The notes under the pieces are model-generated. The model did no database searches. It was not told where the DNA came from and saw only the letters and a list, made by a program, of their open reading frames with translations. Shown here piece after piece: positions 52,156 to 64,000 of a stretch of DNA of 64,000 nt; position 1 is the first letter of the stretch, and every line of letters starts with the position of its first letter. Location of the stretch: positions 105,898,001 to 105,962,000 of the forward strand of contig CM052817.1 in NCBI GenBank assembly GCA_028534125.1. The letters are read 5' to 3'. The position numbers and the translations under genes are program-made. Source of the stretch: Lama glama (Eukaryota).

Positions 52156-52696
52156 TAATTTGTCAAACATTAATAATAATATCGAAACTGAGTATCACAC
52201 TGTTCCTCCTGGCAATCTCGAGGGCCTCATACCAAGAGTTCTCGTTTAAAATAAATGCCAACCCTGCAGCACAGATCATATTAAAAGGATGCTCTTCTAA
52301 CTCTAGCCTATTACTTCAGGTAATTTTATTGCAACTACCAATAAAATAAGGGGGGAAATGATAGATTTAAGGCACTTTATAAGGCAGGCTTAAGAACTTT
52401 GTCCAAAAAAAGAACAATGTGCTTCTTACTAATCCATGCTACCAGAAACATATTATTTTTTTTCTTAGATAATTTTTCTTTTATATAATGGTTAATGACT
52501 CCAAGCCTGGTCTGAGTAAAAGGGTCCAGGCTCCCGAGTATGCATCAAAAGTCACAGGCGATAAAAAGTACATCCTAAAGGAGAGTTCTTCAGCATCCAC
52601 TAAGGTCAAAAGAAAATAATGGCCAGGAAGACCTCTAAGAGGTCATGGATGACAGTGGGTAAAGGGGCTCTTCCCAGAGAAAAGAGGCAGGGTCTT

Positions 52697-53120
52697 GTAG
52701 GCTGACTATCGGCAAAGATGTCCAAATCCTAAAAATGGAAGAACCTATGAATTAGTTAACTACATGGTAAAAGGAACTTGCCAGTGGATCTAGATTATCT
52801 GGGTGGGACCACCGGCCTTACAAGAGGCAGGCAGGAGGATCAGAGACAGCAGTAGGGCATGTAATGGAAGCAGAAAGACAAACAGCTATGTGCTTCTGTC
52901 CAGGATCCATAACTCTAGAAATCTCTAGAAGTCTCTAGAAGGAGGAAAAGGCAAGGGAACAAATTCTTCCCTCAAGCTTCCAGAAGGAACTAGCCCTGCT
53001 GACACCTGGATTTTACCCTAAAGTAACTTCTGACGTCCAAAACTGTAAGAGGATAAATTTGTATTGTTTTAAGCCTCCAAGTTTGCAGAAGTTGGTTCCA
53101 ACAGTATAAAGGAATGCACA
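52697..53120 (+). mobile_element. MLT1D-like MaLR solo LTR
   Basis: ctagaaggaggaaaaggcaagggaacaaattct...cttccagaaggaac...gccctgctgacacc...aactgtaagaggataaatttgtattgttttaagcc. Confidence 0.85.
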
Positions 53121-53550
53121 TCACTTACAGACCCAGAAGGCTTTCAAATCCTGCTCAGCTGGATTTCATCATTGCCACGGACCAGGAATTGCTGTGTAAT
53201 TTCAGTTCTTCATTTGGCCGAATTTGTATCGGTTTGTTTTTGTTATCCTGTTCTGGCTCTATGCTTTGATATTTGCTGGAGCAGGAGCAAATGCCTTTCA
53301 GTCTATAGTCTCCAGACTAGAAGCAGTCAAATCTGGACCTGGGGCAAAGAACAGTGGATCACACAAGGATTCCAGACTTTTGCTAAATAAAGTAACTTGA
53401 GGGACCTCAAGAAAGGGGATAGTTTTGCATTTGAGGTTTGAAAAAATTATCCCCATGGATTTCTGCATATGCAGGAGATTGCATATAGCTGTCTCTCAAA
53501 CCTATATTCTCTTTTCCAGGGCACATAAATTCCTAGGAGGGGACTATGTA

Positions 53551-53935
53551 TTTTTTATTTTTATTTTTTTATTAAAGTATAGTTGATTTATAATGGTGTG
53601 TTAATTTCTGGTGTATAGCATAGTGATTCAGTTATACATATATACATTTCTTTTCATATTCTTTTTCATTATAGGTTATTACAAGTCATTGAATGTAGTT
53701 TCCTGGGCTATCCATTAAGACCTTGTTGTTTATCTATTTTATATACAGTAGTGTGTATTTACTAATTCCAAACTCCTAATTTATCCTTTCCTCCCTTTTC
53801 CCCTTTGGTAACCATAAGTTTGTTTTCTGTCTGTGAGTCTCTTTGTGTTTTATAAATTAGTTCACTTGTGTCCTTTTTTTTTTTTTAAATCTCACATATA
53901 AGTGATATCATGGTATTTGTCTTTCTCGGTCTGAC
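53551..53935 (-). mobile_element. Young L1 3' UTR fragment
   Basis: Poly(T) tail plus the same 3' UTR as the copies at 3855, 19476 and 62136. Confidence 0.93.
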
Positions 53936-54037
53936 TTTTATTCACCCATGTTTCATTAGGCATGGGCATCTTATTAAATTGTTGCTAATAAACATGAACA
54001 GAAAGCAAATTCTACTTGACAGAAGGAAATCACTGCC

Positions 54038-54450
54038 TTTAATGGTTAATTTTATATGTCAATTTAAAGGATACTTGGGGATGAAATTAACATTTAAATT
54101 GGTGAAATTTGAGTAAGGAGTTTGTGCTCTGTAAAGTGGTTGAGCCTCGTTCAATCAGTTGAAGCCTTGAATAGAACCAAAAACTGGCCTCTCCCAAGCC
54201 AGAGAGAATTCTCCTGCAGACTACCTCAGACTTCATAACACTTTTGACTCCCCTGGGCCTCCAGGGTGCCTAGCCTTCCGACTAGAACCACATCACCAAC
54301 TTACCTGGGAATCGAGTGTGCTGGCCCACACTGCAGACCTGAACTTACCCGTCTCCATAACTGTATAAGCCAATCCCATATAATAACTATCTTTCTATCT
54401 ATATACAAATCTGCTTGATCTGTTTCTCTGGGGAGATCCCTGACTAATAC
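54038..54450 (+). mobile_element. MLT2 (ERVL) solo LTR
   Basis: atggttaattttatatgtcaa start, caatcagttgaagccttgaatagaac, and ctgtttctctgg...ccctgactaataca end. Confidence 0.9.
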
Positions 54451-55977
54451 ATGGCCCTGAACTTCCTCTCTTTCCTCTGTATTCAAGCTGCAACACAGGC
54501 ATTTCCAGGCTCCAGCATAGATCTTGAAGGTGAGGATAAAGTTTTTAGGTTGGAGAGAATTTGGGATAGCAGAATAGCCCTTCTAATATGCCTTGTTTCT
54601 TGCAGAGTTCTTTCAGGATAGATAACTTTCTTCCTCTCCTCATTTATATTTATAATGAAGAGTATAGCACTGCTTTCTTTATCCCCTTTTCCCTAGATTA
54701 TGTCTGCAAATATTTAGGAATGGTATATGAGTGATTTTTTTTCTGAGTCTCTCAATATGTGAATGTTTTTCTGTTGTATTTACCCAAAAGGAAAAAAAAA
54801 CTGGCTGAAAATAGTCTTAAGTTTACAATTTTTTCCCTTAATATTTGAATTCCATCAAATAGAGGAATCAGCTATATATGCAACACTGTCCTGCTCAGGC
54901 TGAACTAAGTAGAAAATTCACTGGTGGCAGGGATTTGGAACTCAGTCAGTCTTCCAAGTGAGTATAGATTTATTGGTTCAATAATTGCCAGTATTTATTT
55001 ATATCAACAACTTTTAAAGCTAGCATGCACTCTTAGTAAATGTGAGTGGTGTTTGGACTTCCCTCCTGGGTGTCTTTACAGGCATTTGTATAAGAATTTG
55101 AGATCTATTTTAATTGGAAATCTAAACCGTATGAGTAGGATCCCAAAAGATCCACAAGGCATATTTACTCTTTCTGGGTTCTAGGGACTACTTTTTCACT
55201 AAAATGTAACGTGTTTTAAAAATATTCTCTGATAAGCAGAGTGCTTCTTAGGTGCTGAATTGCCACTCTAAAATGGTATGAAGGTTGTGAAGTTACACAA
55301 AAGAGATACAGAAAGATCTAGTAATACACCAACAGTCTCTCCACTGAATAATCTATTATATATTACCCTACATGCTATTTAAAAAAGCATTACATATTTT
55401 GTCAATGTGTATGCAGAAGTAAATTTATTGTTTTATTTTGATATTTTTGTGAGATACCTCAAACTCTATTTAGAATAAACAAAGACAGAAATTTTATAAA
55501 AAAGATTTTAATTGTATATATGAAACCAAGCAGGACTCTGTGGGGCCTTCCCAGGGCACACCCCCATATCACCATCTCTTGTTTGTAGAAAAGCTTCGGA
55601 CTTCTAAGCCTTCCCCAAGTTCTAAAGAGCAAATTTAATCAGAGAGGTGAGAAAAGGCAGAAACAAAGGAAAGCAGTCAAGCAAGAGACAAAATAATAGT
55701 TTAGCCATAAAACTGTCAAGGATCTTTAGTTCCTCCTCAAGGGCTAATTATCCTAAGGGATAGTATCCTGAGCCATGTCCTTGAATTGTTTTGCAGGTAC
55801 TTAAAACCCCAGCAGGTGGAAGAAGTGAACTGCATTATGACTGTAAGCACCTACCCCTAGACCAGATGGAGCCTGAGGGTTGAAAGTGCTGACTGCAGTG
55901 ACCTCAGCTGTTAACTCACCATCAACCAATCCGAGAATGGTGCACAAATTGATCACACAACCTGCAGCCCCCTCCCT

Positions 55978-57232
55978 TGCGGGGAGCCGCTCGTGACGGA
56001 GGGCTGCCGAGCACAAAACTTGGGCGTAAAACCCCAAAGTGCAGGGCGCCAGGCTCTGAGATTGAGGCTGCCGAGCACAGAGGATGGGCCTAAACTCCCA
56101 CAGTGCGGGGCGCCCGGCTCAAAGGTCAATTGAGTTAGAACAATCTCTGTCCCGCCACCTCTTTTACTAAAGAATGCACCAGGTGCGCTAATGCCTGAGG
56201 AAAACATCCTGAGCTATTAAGTCACAAAAGACCTTCGGAGGGAGAGATACAATTGGCACACAAATCAGTGATCCTTTTAGAGAACAATCACCTGAGTTGA
56301 ATGTATCACCTGAGTTGAATGTATACGAGTCACGAGGTTAGGCTTTATTGCCTACGTGCNNNNNNNNNNNNNNNNNNNNNNNNNNNNNNNNNNNNNNNNN
56401 NNNNNNNNNNNNNNNNNNNNNNNNNNNNNNNNNNNNNNNNNNNNNNNNNNNNNNNNNNNNNNNNNNNNNNNNNNNNNNNNNNNNNNNNNNNNNNNNNNNN
56501 NNNNNNNNNNNNNNNNNNNNNNNNNNNNNNNNNNNNNNNNNNNNNNNNNNNNNNNNNNNNNNNNNNNNNNNNNNNNNNNNNNNNNNNNNNNNNNNNNNNN
56601 NNNNNNNNNNNNNNNNNNNNNNNNNNNNNNNNNNNNNNNNNNNNNNNNNNNNNNNNNNNNNNNNNNNNNNNNNNNNNNNNNNNNNNNNNNNNNNNNNNNN
56701 NNNNNNNNNNNNNNNNNNNNNNNNNNNNNNNNNNNNNNNNNNNNNNNNNNNNNNNNNNNNNNNNNNNNNNNNNNNNNNNNNNNNNNNNNNNNNNNNNNNN
56801 NNNNNNNNNNNNNNNNNNNNNNNNNNNNNNNNNNNNNNNNNNNNNNNNNNNNNNNNNNNGAGGAAAACATCCTGAGCTATTAAGTCACAAAAGACCTTCG
56901 GAGGGAGAGATACAATTGGCACACAAATCAGTGATCCTTTTAGAGAACAATCACCTGAGTTGAATGTATCACCTGAGTTGAATGTATACGAGTCACGAGG
57001 TTAGGCTTTATTGCCTACGTGCAGGAATGTATGAGCTAATGGGTTAAAATCATATAAATTGACTGCAAGAAATAAACTCGTCGTCCACTCTTGACCTAGC
57101 GTCTTGCGGGCTAGAGTGAGACCCTCTCAACACCAACTTGTCTTGTCTTGCTGTCTCTTTGTTACGTCTTTCCTTTTCTCAGTCCTGCAGCACAGGTTTC
57201 TGGACCTGATCGATTGTCGGCTGGTTCCGACA
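55978..57232 (+). mobile_element. Young ERVK/ERV2 (betaretrovirus-class) LTR containing an assembly gap
   Basis: tgcggggagccg...ggttccgaca termini; perfect 6-bp TSD ctccct at 55972-55977 and 57233-57238; CpG-rich; TATAAA near 57053; AATAAA at 57071. Confidence 0.88.
56360..56859. other. Assembly gap (500 N) flanked by an identical 163-bp direct repeat
   Basis: 56197-56359 equals 56860-57022. Confidence 0.98.
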
Positions 57233-58674
57233 CTCCCTCACACTCCTTTTTTAAAATCTTTCCCTAAAAGCCAGCGGGGAGTTTGGGTCTTTTGAGCAGG
57301 AGCTGCCTATTCTTCTTGTCTGACACCTGTAATAAATGCTGTACTTCCCTTCGCCACAACCTGGTGTCAGTAGCTTGGCTTTGCTGTGCATCTGGTGAGT
57401 GGACCCAAGTTTGGTTCTGTAACATATGCTGACATAATGTGAATTCTCACTCCGGAACTGCCACATTTGCAAACAAAATATAAACGTGGTGCAAGTACTT
57501 ATTTTGCAGTACAAACGTTATAATACAAACATTTGGAGACTCAGATTAAATATACATTAGATAGAGGAAATTTGCTAATAACAAAAGTTATTTTTCCTTA
57601 AGTTACATGAAAGAGCATTGGTATCAAATATTCAAATATTTTCAAATATTATCAAATAATAAATATTAAAACATAAAATATTAAGAAGACACTGTCAGCA
57701 AAATTGAACTACACTTCCAAGGCAATAATCATCTAACCATGTTACAAAGTTTCCAGGCATTTTCATATCTCAAAGTGTTCAAAATCAAAAGCATGACTAG
57801 TATAAATATGCACAATTTTTCAAAAGAAAGCAAATTAAATTGGAAATACTGATACCACTGTTCTGCACATGCATTTAAGAATGTCAGAAACATATGACAT
57901 ATTTTTGAAGTTCTGACATATTTAGATTCTTAATCTTATTAAACATGTCAATATAATTTTTGAAGTAATGTATTTTAAAATCACATCCATGTTTTAAAGT
58001 ATAACAAAATATAAATAGGTAAACAACTGCAATGATTTATAATTTTCCACACAATTACCCATTAAAAATAGATTGGTTAATAAAATTATATTTGTTATTT
58101 AAATGTATTCCCAAATCACTTTGCAAGTGTTATATAACATGGAATAATATTTGTATATGCAATTTTTAAGTTTTAATAAGAACCTCAAAAATACAGTATT
58201 GTAACAACTTAAAATTGTTTCTCACAAATATTACAAGAGAATTTATATGTACAAATACCTAGCTGAGAAATCTAGAGGGAGTTAAAAAGTATAAACTCTT
58301 TGTTCACTTACTTGGACCCTCATGTACTTTGGTTTGAAAAAATCATTTTATGATAGAAAAAAATATTGTAGTTAGTTTGGAACTATCAAGATAAAAAAAT
58401 GTAGATTTTTAAACTAAAAATATTTGAAAGATTTGTCAAGCTGTTTTGATTGCAAATTTATCTGTCCCTTTTAGATTTCTGGTATCAGAAGTTGAATATT
58501 TTAAATATTTAATAATGGTTGGAAGGAATGTTACGCTTGGTTTTATTTATAGTCGATATCAATCAAAATCTAGACTGAAATTTACAAGAAATAGAATTTT
58601 TTTATTGTTGTTGCTGTCTATAGTCATCCTTTAAAGAATACTGTTCGATAAGTTTTGAAAAAGTGTTGAGTTAT

Positions 58675-58850
58675 TATATTAATTTCAGGTGTACATCACA
58701 ATGATTAGATTTTTGCATATATTGTGAAATTATCACCATAGTAAGTCTAATTGTTAAAAAAAAAAATAGAAGCAGAGAAGAGATTGGTGGTTGCCAGAGT
58801 TGGGGAGAGGGGCAAGATGTGTGAAGGTGGCCACAGGTGCAAACTTCTGT
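58675..58850. mobile_element. Two short oppositely oriented L1MA-like 3' fragments
   Basis: atttcaggtgtacatcacaatgatt (minus tail) then agaagcagagaagagattggtggttgccagag (plus). Confidence 0.6.
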
Positions 58851-59670
58851 GATTTTCATATGTATTCTTCGCACTTAATGCCCATGGCCTTGGGACCAAC
58901 CCTAGAAGCATGCTATAATATTCTTCAGAAACTTGTCCTTGCAAAGTCTGCTAGTCAATAGAGGGGAAATCAAATAGCTTGTATTTAAGGATGGAGTTAA
59001 AAATGAATTTAAAGACATTTAAAATATTGATTAGGAAGACATCTTCTGTAGAGTTAAGGGAGAGAAGAGAACTGTAAGTTGAAATCCTTTTTTTTTTTTT
59101 CCTGTTTTTAAGACTTCAATCAATCATGTGAGGTAGTCAGTTTCTTTGTTGCTGAGAAAAATAGAAAGAAAAGAAAGAGCTCCTGTCAGTTTTGCCCATT
59201 GACAGCAAAGACCCTCTCTAGTCCTAAGAATTTTTGGAAGACCTTGAAGAAGCTACACAAGTCAAAACTGCCTCCAGCTCTTTGCTACTCACATGAAGGG
59301 GAGACAGGTCTCACAGAGATGGATTCTGGGAGGAAGGACAGGGTAGAGAGGGATGTCAGATGAACACTGCTTAGCAACCTGGACCCCTGGATTCGTTTTG
59401 TGCTCTATTGTCATTTTGATGGCTGAGATCACAACTCAGGGAGTGTTCTGGAATCCCCAATTAAACATCAAATATTTGGCATCAAGGCATTCTGGTTTGC
59501 CCAAAGTTCAGTAATATTTCTGAAATTTGGCCTTGTGCTTAAAATGATCGCAGCTTTACCTAGCAAATAGGGTCATCTGCCTATCTCTCACAGTTTTAGA
59601 ATCATTTCCATTTGCTATCTTTGATCTATGTGTTTCAGACATGTATTTGGACATAGGATATTGATTTTAT

Positions 59671-60264
59671 TGTTAAGCAGGCAGAGAGCTAGATATGAGC
59701 AGAGAAAGGGGGCATGGGCCAAACAGCAGGAAATGATGCACTATATAAACAATGGGGTCTGTGGGCAGACAGAATATCAGTAATCTCTGGACTATTAAGA
59801 AACTATACATTTTAGGGTGACAAGTGACCTGGAGGCAGACAAAGATAGGTGGGAAAAGACAAGAATCTCTGGTCCAAATTTAACCTTTTGTTTATTATGT
59901 CCTCATTTCAATAAAATTAGCCCTGCAGATTAGAAGTACACATCATGCACTGACGCCATGACACTTCTGATCTGGACTAAATAGGGACAAAAATCCCTCC
60001 TCCCTTCAGGAAGGTGGAGCTGGAAAGAAAATCAGGGAAAACCACCAAACCTTTTCCTCACCAATGAATATTCTGCCCATTCATTTTTATACGCTATGTA
60101 ACCATCTTATCAAAGAAACACAGGGTAGCTGCTCACCTGAGTCTGCCCACTCTCCCCTTAAGAGCACCTTATCACTTAATAAATCCTCACTTTACTTTCT
60201 TGACCTCTGTGTCTCCTTTCTGAATTCTTTCTGTGTTGAGACAAGAACCTAATCTCTGGTAACA
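59671..60264 (+). mobile_element. MER41-related ERV1 solo LTR (594 bp)
   Basis: tgttaa...ggtaaca termini; AATAAA near 60178; 3' ~360 bp highly similar to 47570-47926. Confidence 0.88.
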
Positions 60265-60697
60265 GTACACTGAGATATTTGATAACACTGGACCCTTCAA
60301 ACCTCAAGAGAGGGAAGTAGCAAGGGTGGCCAACTGGATACACAGAGTTGAGAAGTGGGCTCCCAAGTCAACATGGGGGTTGCAAGCTGAGGTTCTGTCT
60401 ACCACCCACGAGTCTCCTTTATATTGCTCCCTGATATCAGAACATACTGCGGAGAGGCTCACGTGATGAAATGTGCAGACTGAAATCAGTGCAAACTGAA
60501 GACATTTTTTTTTACCAAACAAAATGTATTTGCCCAGAATGTATGGTCTACCTCTCATGAGCCTTTTTCACTACTTGCCATAATAAAATCCCTCTATTTA
60601 TTGGTATAGAGTTGTGCCAATGCATCTTTCTAGTTTACTTTAGGATCCTCAAAGGGACTAAAATGGTGAACAAATTAGAATGAGAAGAGCAGGGCAT

Positions 60698-60797
60698 GGG
60701 GTGTAGCTCAGTGGTAGTGTGTGTGCTTAGCATGCGTGAGGTCCCGGGTTCAATCCTCAGGAGCTCTATTAAAAAAAAGAAAGAAAGGAAGGAAAAA
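60698..60797 (+). mobile_element. tRNA-Ala-derived SINE head (short Vic-1 form or tRNA retrocopy)
   Basis: ggggtgtagctcagtggtagtgtgtgtgcttagcatgcgtgaggtcccgggttcaatcc followed by an A-rich tail. Confidence 0.8.
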
Positions 60798-60989
60798 CCC
60801 AGACATGTTGTTGTTTTCATTGTTTGCTTTCTGTTAGACATTAGCTGGGAAGACAGGTATAGATTTTAAGACGTGGGTCAAAAATATCAGAAATGGGCAG
60901 GAGAATGTTTTCCCTGGAGATAAACAGAAGTGAAAGTGATTCTGATACTGAAGGATCAATATTCCTGGGAGCAGCACTTCTGTTGTTGA

Positions 60990-61527
60990 CCAGGCGTTCC
61001 CAAACGTTCTCAGTTCATAGAGCCCTTAGTGTTGCAAGATGTTTTACATGGTGCCCCAACTTCAAAAAGTCAATCAAGTGCATTTAAATCATCTCCCCAA
61101 ACTTAGTATGATCATCTGAAAATCATATACACACATTGAAATAGAAATAGAATATTTTTATTTCATTCTTAAATAACCACAATTTCTCGTGACTGGATAT
61201 GGACACTTTTCATGAACTGCATAGCTTCTCGTATCTTGGAATTCGATTGGACAGCACCACCTTCAAATTCTGCTCCATGGTGATTGTCAAGCAGTCTTTG
61301 ATTTTAATCACAGCACCCCCTGGAAACTTAGATTTGTGGAGACATGAAGTCATGAAAAGTAATACGGTGTGAATTACGTTTCACATAAAATATCTTGAGA
61401 TGTCCAATCTTGAGTAATGCTGTTAAGTGCTCCTTTGTTTCCATTGAAAATTTAAAATGCCCCACCGTGATTGGGTGGCTTTGCTGTTGGAACCTGGGCA
61501 CCTCGGCACACAGTTTGGGAACTGCAG
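60990..61527 (+). mobile_element. MER119-like hAT-Charlie DNA transposon
   Basis: Inverted ends gttcccaaac / gtttgggaac; internal tttttatttcattcttaaataaccacaatt and gattggacagcaccacc match the recalled consensus. Confidence 0.8.
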
Positions 61528-61594
61528 CATTAAAACGTTACCATCATCACAGCAGATAGAACCCACAATGGCAACAATGAGGTGTGTCCCTGTA

Positions 61595-61840
61595 TTAGGT
61601 TAATGGGTAATAGTTTGGATACTGGAAAAGGAAAAACAATTCTGGATCCCAGCTCTGCCATTACCACTCCATCACCTTGAGCTATTTATCTTTCTGCACC
61701 TTAGTCTCCTCCTACATAGAACAAAAATAATATAAATCCATAGTATCTGTCTCGTAAATCTGTGATGGGTATTAAATGAAATAAAACATGCAAAGTTTCT
61801 TTTCAATATGTGACAGATTACTCCCACAAGAAAATTTCAC
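61595..61840 (+). mobile_element. MIR SINE
   Basis: atcccagctctgccatt...accttgagc...ttagtctcctc...gggtattaaatgaaataa. Confidence 0.75.
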
Positions 61841-62135
61841 TTACTTATATTATTTTTGCCTAATCTCTCTCCAGAAATGTTACAGTGACAACTGTTGTCA
61901 CCAGTACCTTGCCAACAATACATATGTCATATAGTTAAAATAAAGAATGTATTTTAAAATTCTGCTACTTATAATAAATTTGGTGGTATAATATCTATTA
62001 GTTTTAACCTCATAGGAGTAAATCATATTAGTAACTAATATTTTAAAACATTTTCTTGAATTAGATTTATTTAAAATATCTCTTAACTCATTTAATAGGC
62101 TGAATCTTCACTAAAATGATTATCATATTCTGTGA

Positions 62136-63506
62136 TTTTTTTTTTTGAAGTACAGCCAGTTTACAATGTTGTATCAATTTCAGGTATACAGCACCATGTT
62201 TCAGTCATACATATACACACATGTATTCCTTTTCATATTCTTTTTCATTATAGGTTATTATAAGATATTGAGTATAGTTCTCTGTACTATACAGTATAAA
62301 CTTGTTGTTTATCTATTTTATATATAGTAGTTAGTATCTGCTAATCCCAAACTCCCAATTTGTCCCTCCATACCCTCTTCCCCCTCTGATAACCGTAAGT
62401 TTGTTTTCTATGTCTGTGAGTCTGTCTCTGTTTTGTAAATAAGTTTTTTTTTGTCTTTTTTTGTCTTTTTTTTTTTAAGATTCCACATATAAGTGGTATG
62501 ATATGGTATTTTTCTTTCTCTTTCTGGCTTGCTTTACTTAGAATGACAATCTCCAGGTCCATCCATGTTGCTGCTAATGACAGTATTTTATTCTATTTAT
62601 GGCTGAATAGTATTCCATTGTGTATATGTGTGTGTGTGTGTGTGTAGCACCGTTTTTTTTATCTAGTCATCTGTCAGTGGACATTTAGGCTGCTCCCATG
62701 TCCTGGCTGTTGTAAGTAGCGCTGCTGTGAATACTGGGGTGGATGTATCTTTTCCATTTAGAGTTCTCTCTGGATATAGCCCCAGAAGTAGAATTGCTGG
62801 ATCATATGGTAAGAATATTTTTAATTTTTTAGGGAATATTGGTACTTTTTTCCTTAGTGGCTTCACAAATTTACATTCCAACCAACAGTGTAGGAGGGTT
62901 CCCTTTTCTCCATATCTTCTCCAGTTTTTACCATTTGTGGACTTTTGAATGATAGCCATTCCGACTGATGTGAAGTGATTGATACCTCATTGTCTTGATT
63001 TGCATTTCTCTGACAATAAGCAATAGTGAGCATTTTTTCATGTGCCTATTGACCATTTGTCTTCATTGGAGAAATGCTTGTTTGGGTCTTCTGTTCATCT
63101 TTGGAATGGGTTATTCGTTTCTTTGTTATTAACTTGTATGTACTATTTATATATTCTGGAGATTAAGTCCTTGTTAGTTGCATCATTTGCAACATTTTTT
63201 TCATTCCATAGGTTGTCTTTTTGTTTTGCTTGTGGTTTCCTTTGCTGTGCAAAAGATTGTAAGTTTAATTAGGTCCCATTAGTTTATTTTTGCTTTTATT
63301 TCTGTTGCCTGGGTAGACTGTCCTAGGAGGGCATTGCCAAGATTTACATCAGGAAATATTTTGCCTATTTCTTCTTCTAGGAGATTTATAGTGTCTTGAC
63401 TTATGTTTAAGTCTTCAAGCCATTTTGCATTTATTTCTGTGTATGCCGTGAGGGAGTGTTCTAACTTCACTGATTTACATGCAGCTGCCCGGCTTTCCCA
63501 ACACCT
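62136..63506 (-). mobile_element. Young L1, 5'-truncated (~1.37 kb)
   Basis: Poly(T), 3' UTR and ORF2 C-terminus ([31 protein letters not shown]); TSD atattctgt at 62125-62133 and 63507-63515. Confidence 0.96.
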
Positions 63507-63634
63507 ATATTCTGTAAATTTTTAATCCTTCCAAAACGTTCATGGTTTACTTTCAACACACATACACACATGTATACATATGATTTAACAGTTTATAGTC
63601 CAATTACTGTGCTAATATATCAACTTTTTAAATA

Positions 63635-63950
63635 GACACATCTAATGCTTTCTCTGTGTCAGACACTCTTCTAAATGCTTCACAAATATTAATTCATTTA
63701 TATCTCATACCAACTCTGATAACCACTGAACACACTTTACAGTGTTAAGCTGGTGTTAAGTAGAGTCATTGCTTTCAATAAAAGGCAAAAATCTAGATCA
63801 TGAAAAATATAATGGGCAATTGATTATTTTTTACATTATATGACACACTGTCTACAATACTGTAAATATATTAAATAGTTTAATCTTTATAATAACAACA
63901 TGAGGAAATGACAGAGATTAGCTTTGTATCCCAGGCTGCAAAACCATCTA
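63635..63950 (-). mobile_element. MIR fragments, interrupted
   Basis: tgtgtcagacactcttctaaatgcttcacaaatattaattcattta and atgaggaaatgacagagatt. Confidence 0.55.
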
Positions 63951-64000
63951 GGGATAAGGAGACAGTCAAGTACAACTAGAGAAGAAAAGAGGGACAGGAA

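Larger units (their letters stand above)
55521..57424 (+). mobile_element. ERV1-class solo LTR, split by an ERVK LTR
   Basis: tgaaacc...ttctgtaaca termini; near-TSD tata/tatg; AATAAA at 57331; sequence resumes after 57238. Confidence 0.85.

Noticed and set aside
52914..52942. Triple ctctagaa repeat, and other short tandem units, as CRISPR-like arrays
   Set aside because: No spacers; local slippage within an MLT1 LTR in a mammalian genome.
56319..56963. Long ORFs of 172-214 aa
   Set aside because: Artefacts of translating through the N gap.
62663..62959. ORF2p-like ORFs (also 4554-4751) as functional genes
   Set aside because: Frameshifted C-terminal remnants of 5'-truncated L1 copies.
1..64000. 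Inferring a host gene strand from repeat orientation bias
   Set aside because: L1 copies lean minus while LTRs lean plus; the signal is contradictory and the counts are small.

Overview
Mammalian genomic DNA, most likely camelid (alpaca, llama or camel), judged from five tRNA-Ala-derived Vic-1-type SINE copies and artiodactyl-type L1 3' ends. The window is AT-rich and dominated by transposable elements: young and old L1, L2, MIR, MaLR/ERVL/ERV1/ERVK LTRs, a degraded MER4-group ERV1 internal region, and Tigger and hAT DNA transposons. It has two 500-N assembly gaps. No recognisable protein-coding gene is present; ORF-track entries are L1/ERV remnants, microsatellites, gaps or chance ORFs. I found no convincing new biological system. 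The best leads are: a young ERVK-class LTR whose internal gap is flanked by an identical 163-bp repeat (possible hidden provirus), MER41-like LTRs (one with a STAT GAS motif, one apparently chimeric), nested LTR insertions, a TATA/CpG promoter-like block near 40.2 kb, candidate orphan minus-strand exons, a tiny candidate L1 3' transduction and a twin-priming L1 inversion. Repeat family names come from recalled consensus sequences, not from a search, and boundaries of old elements are approximate.
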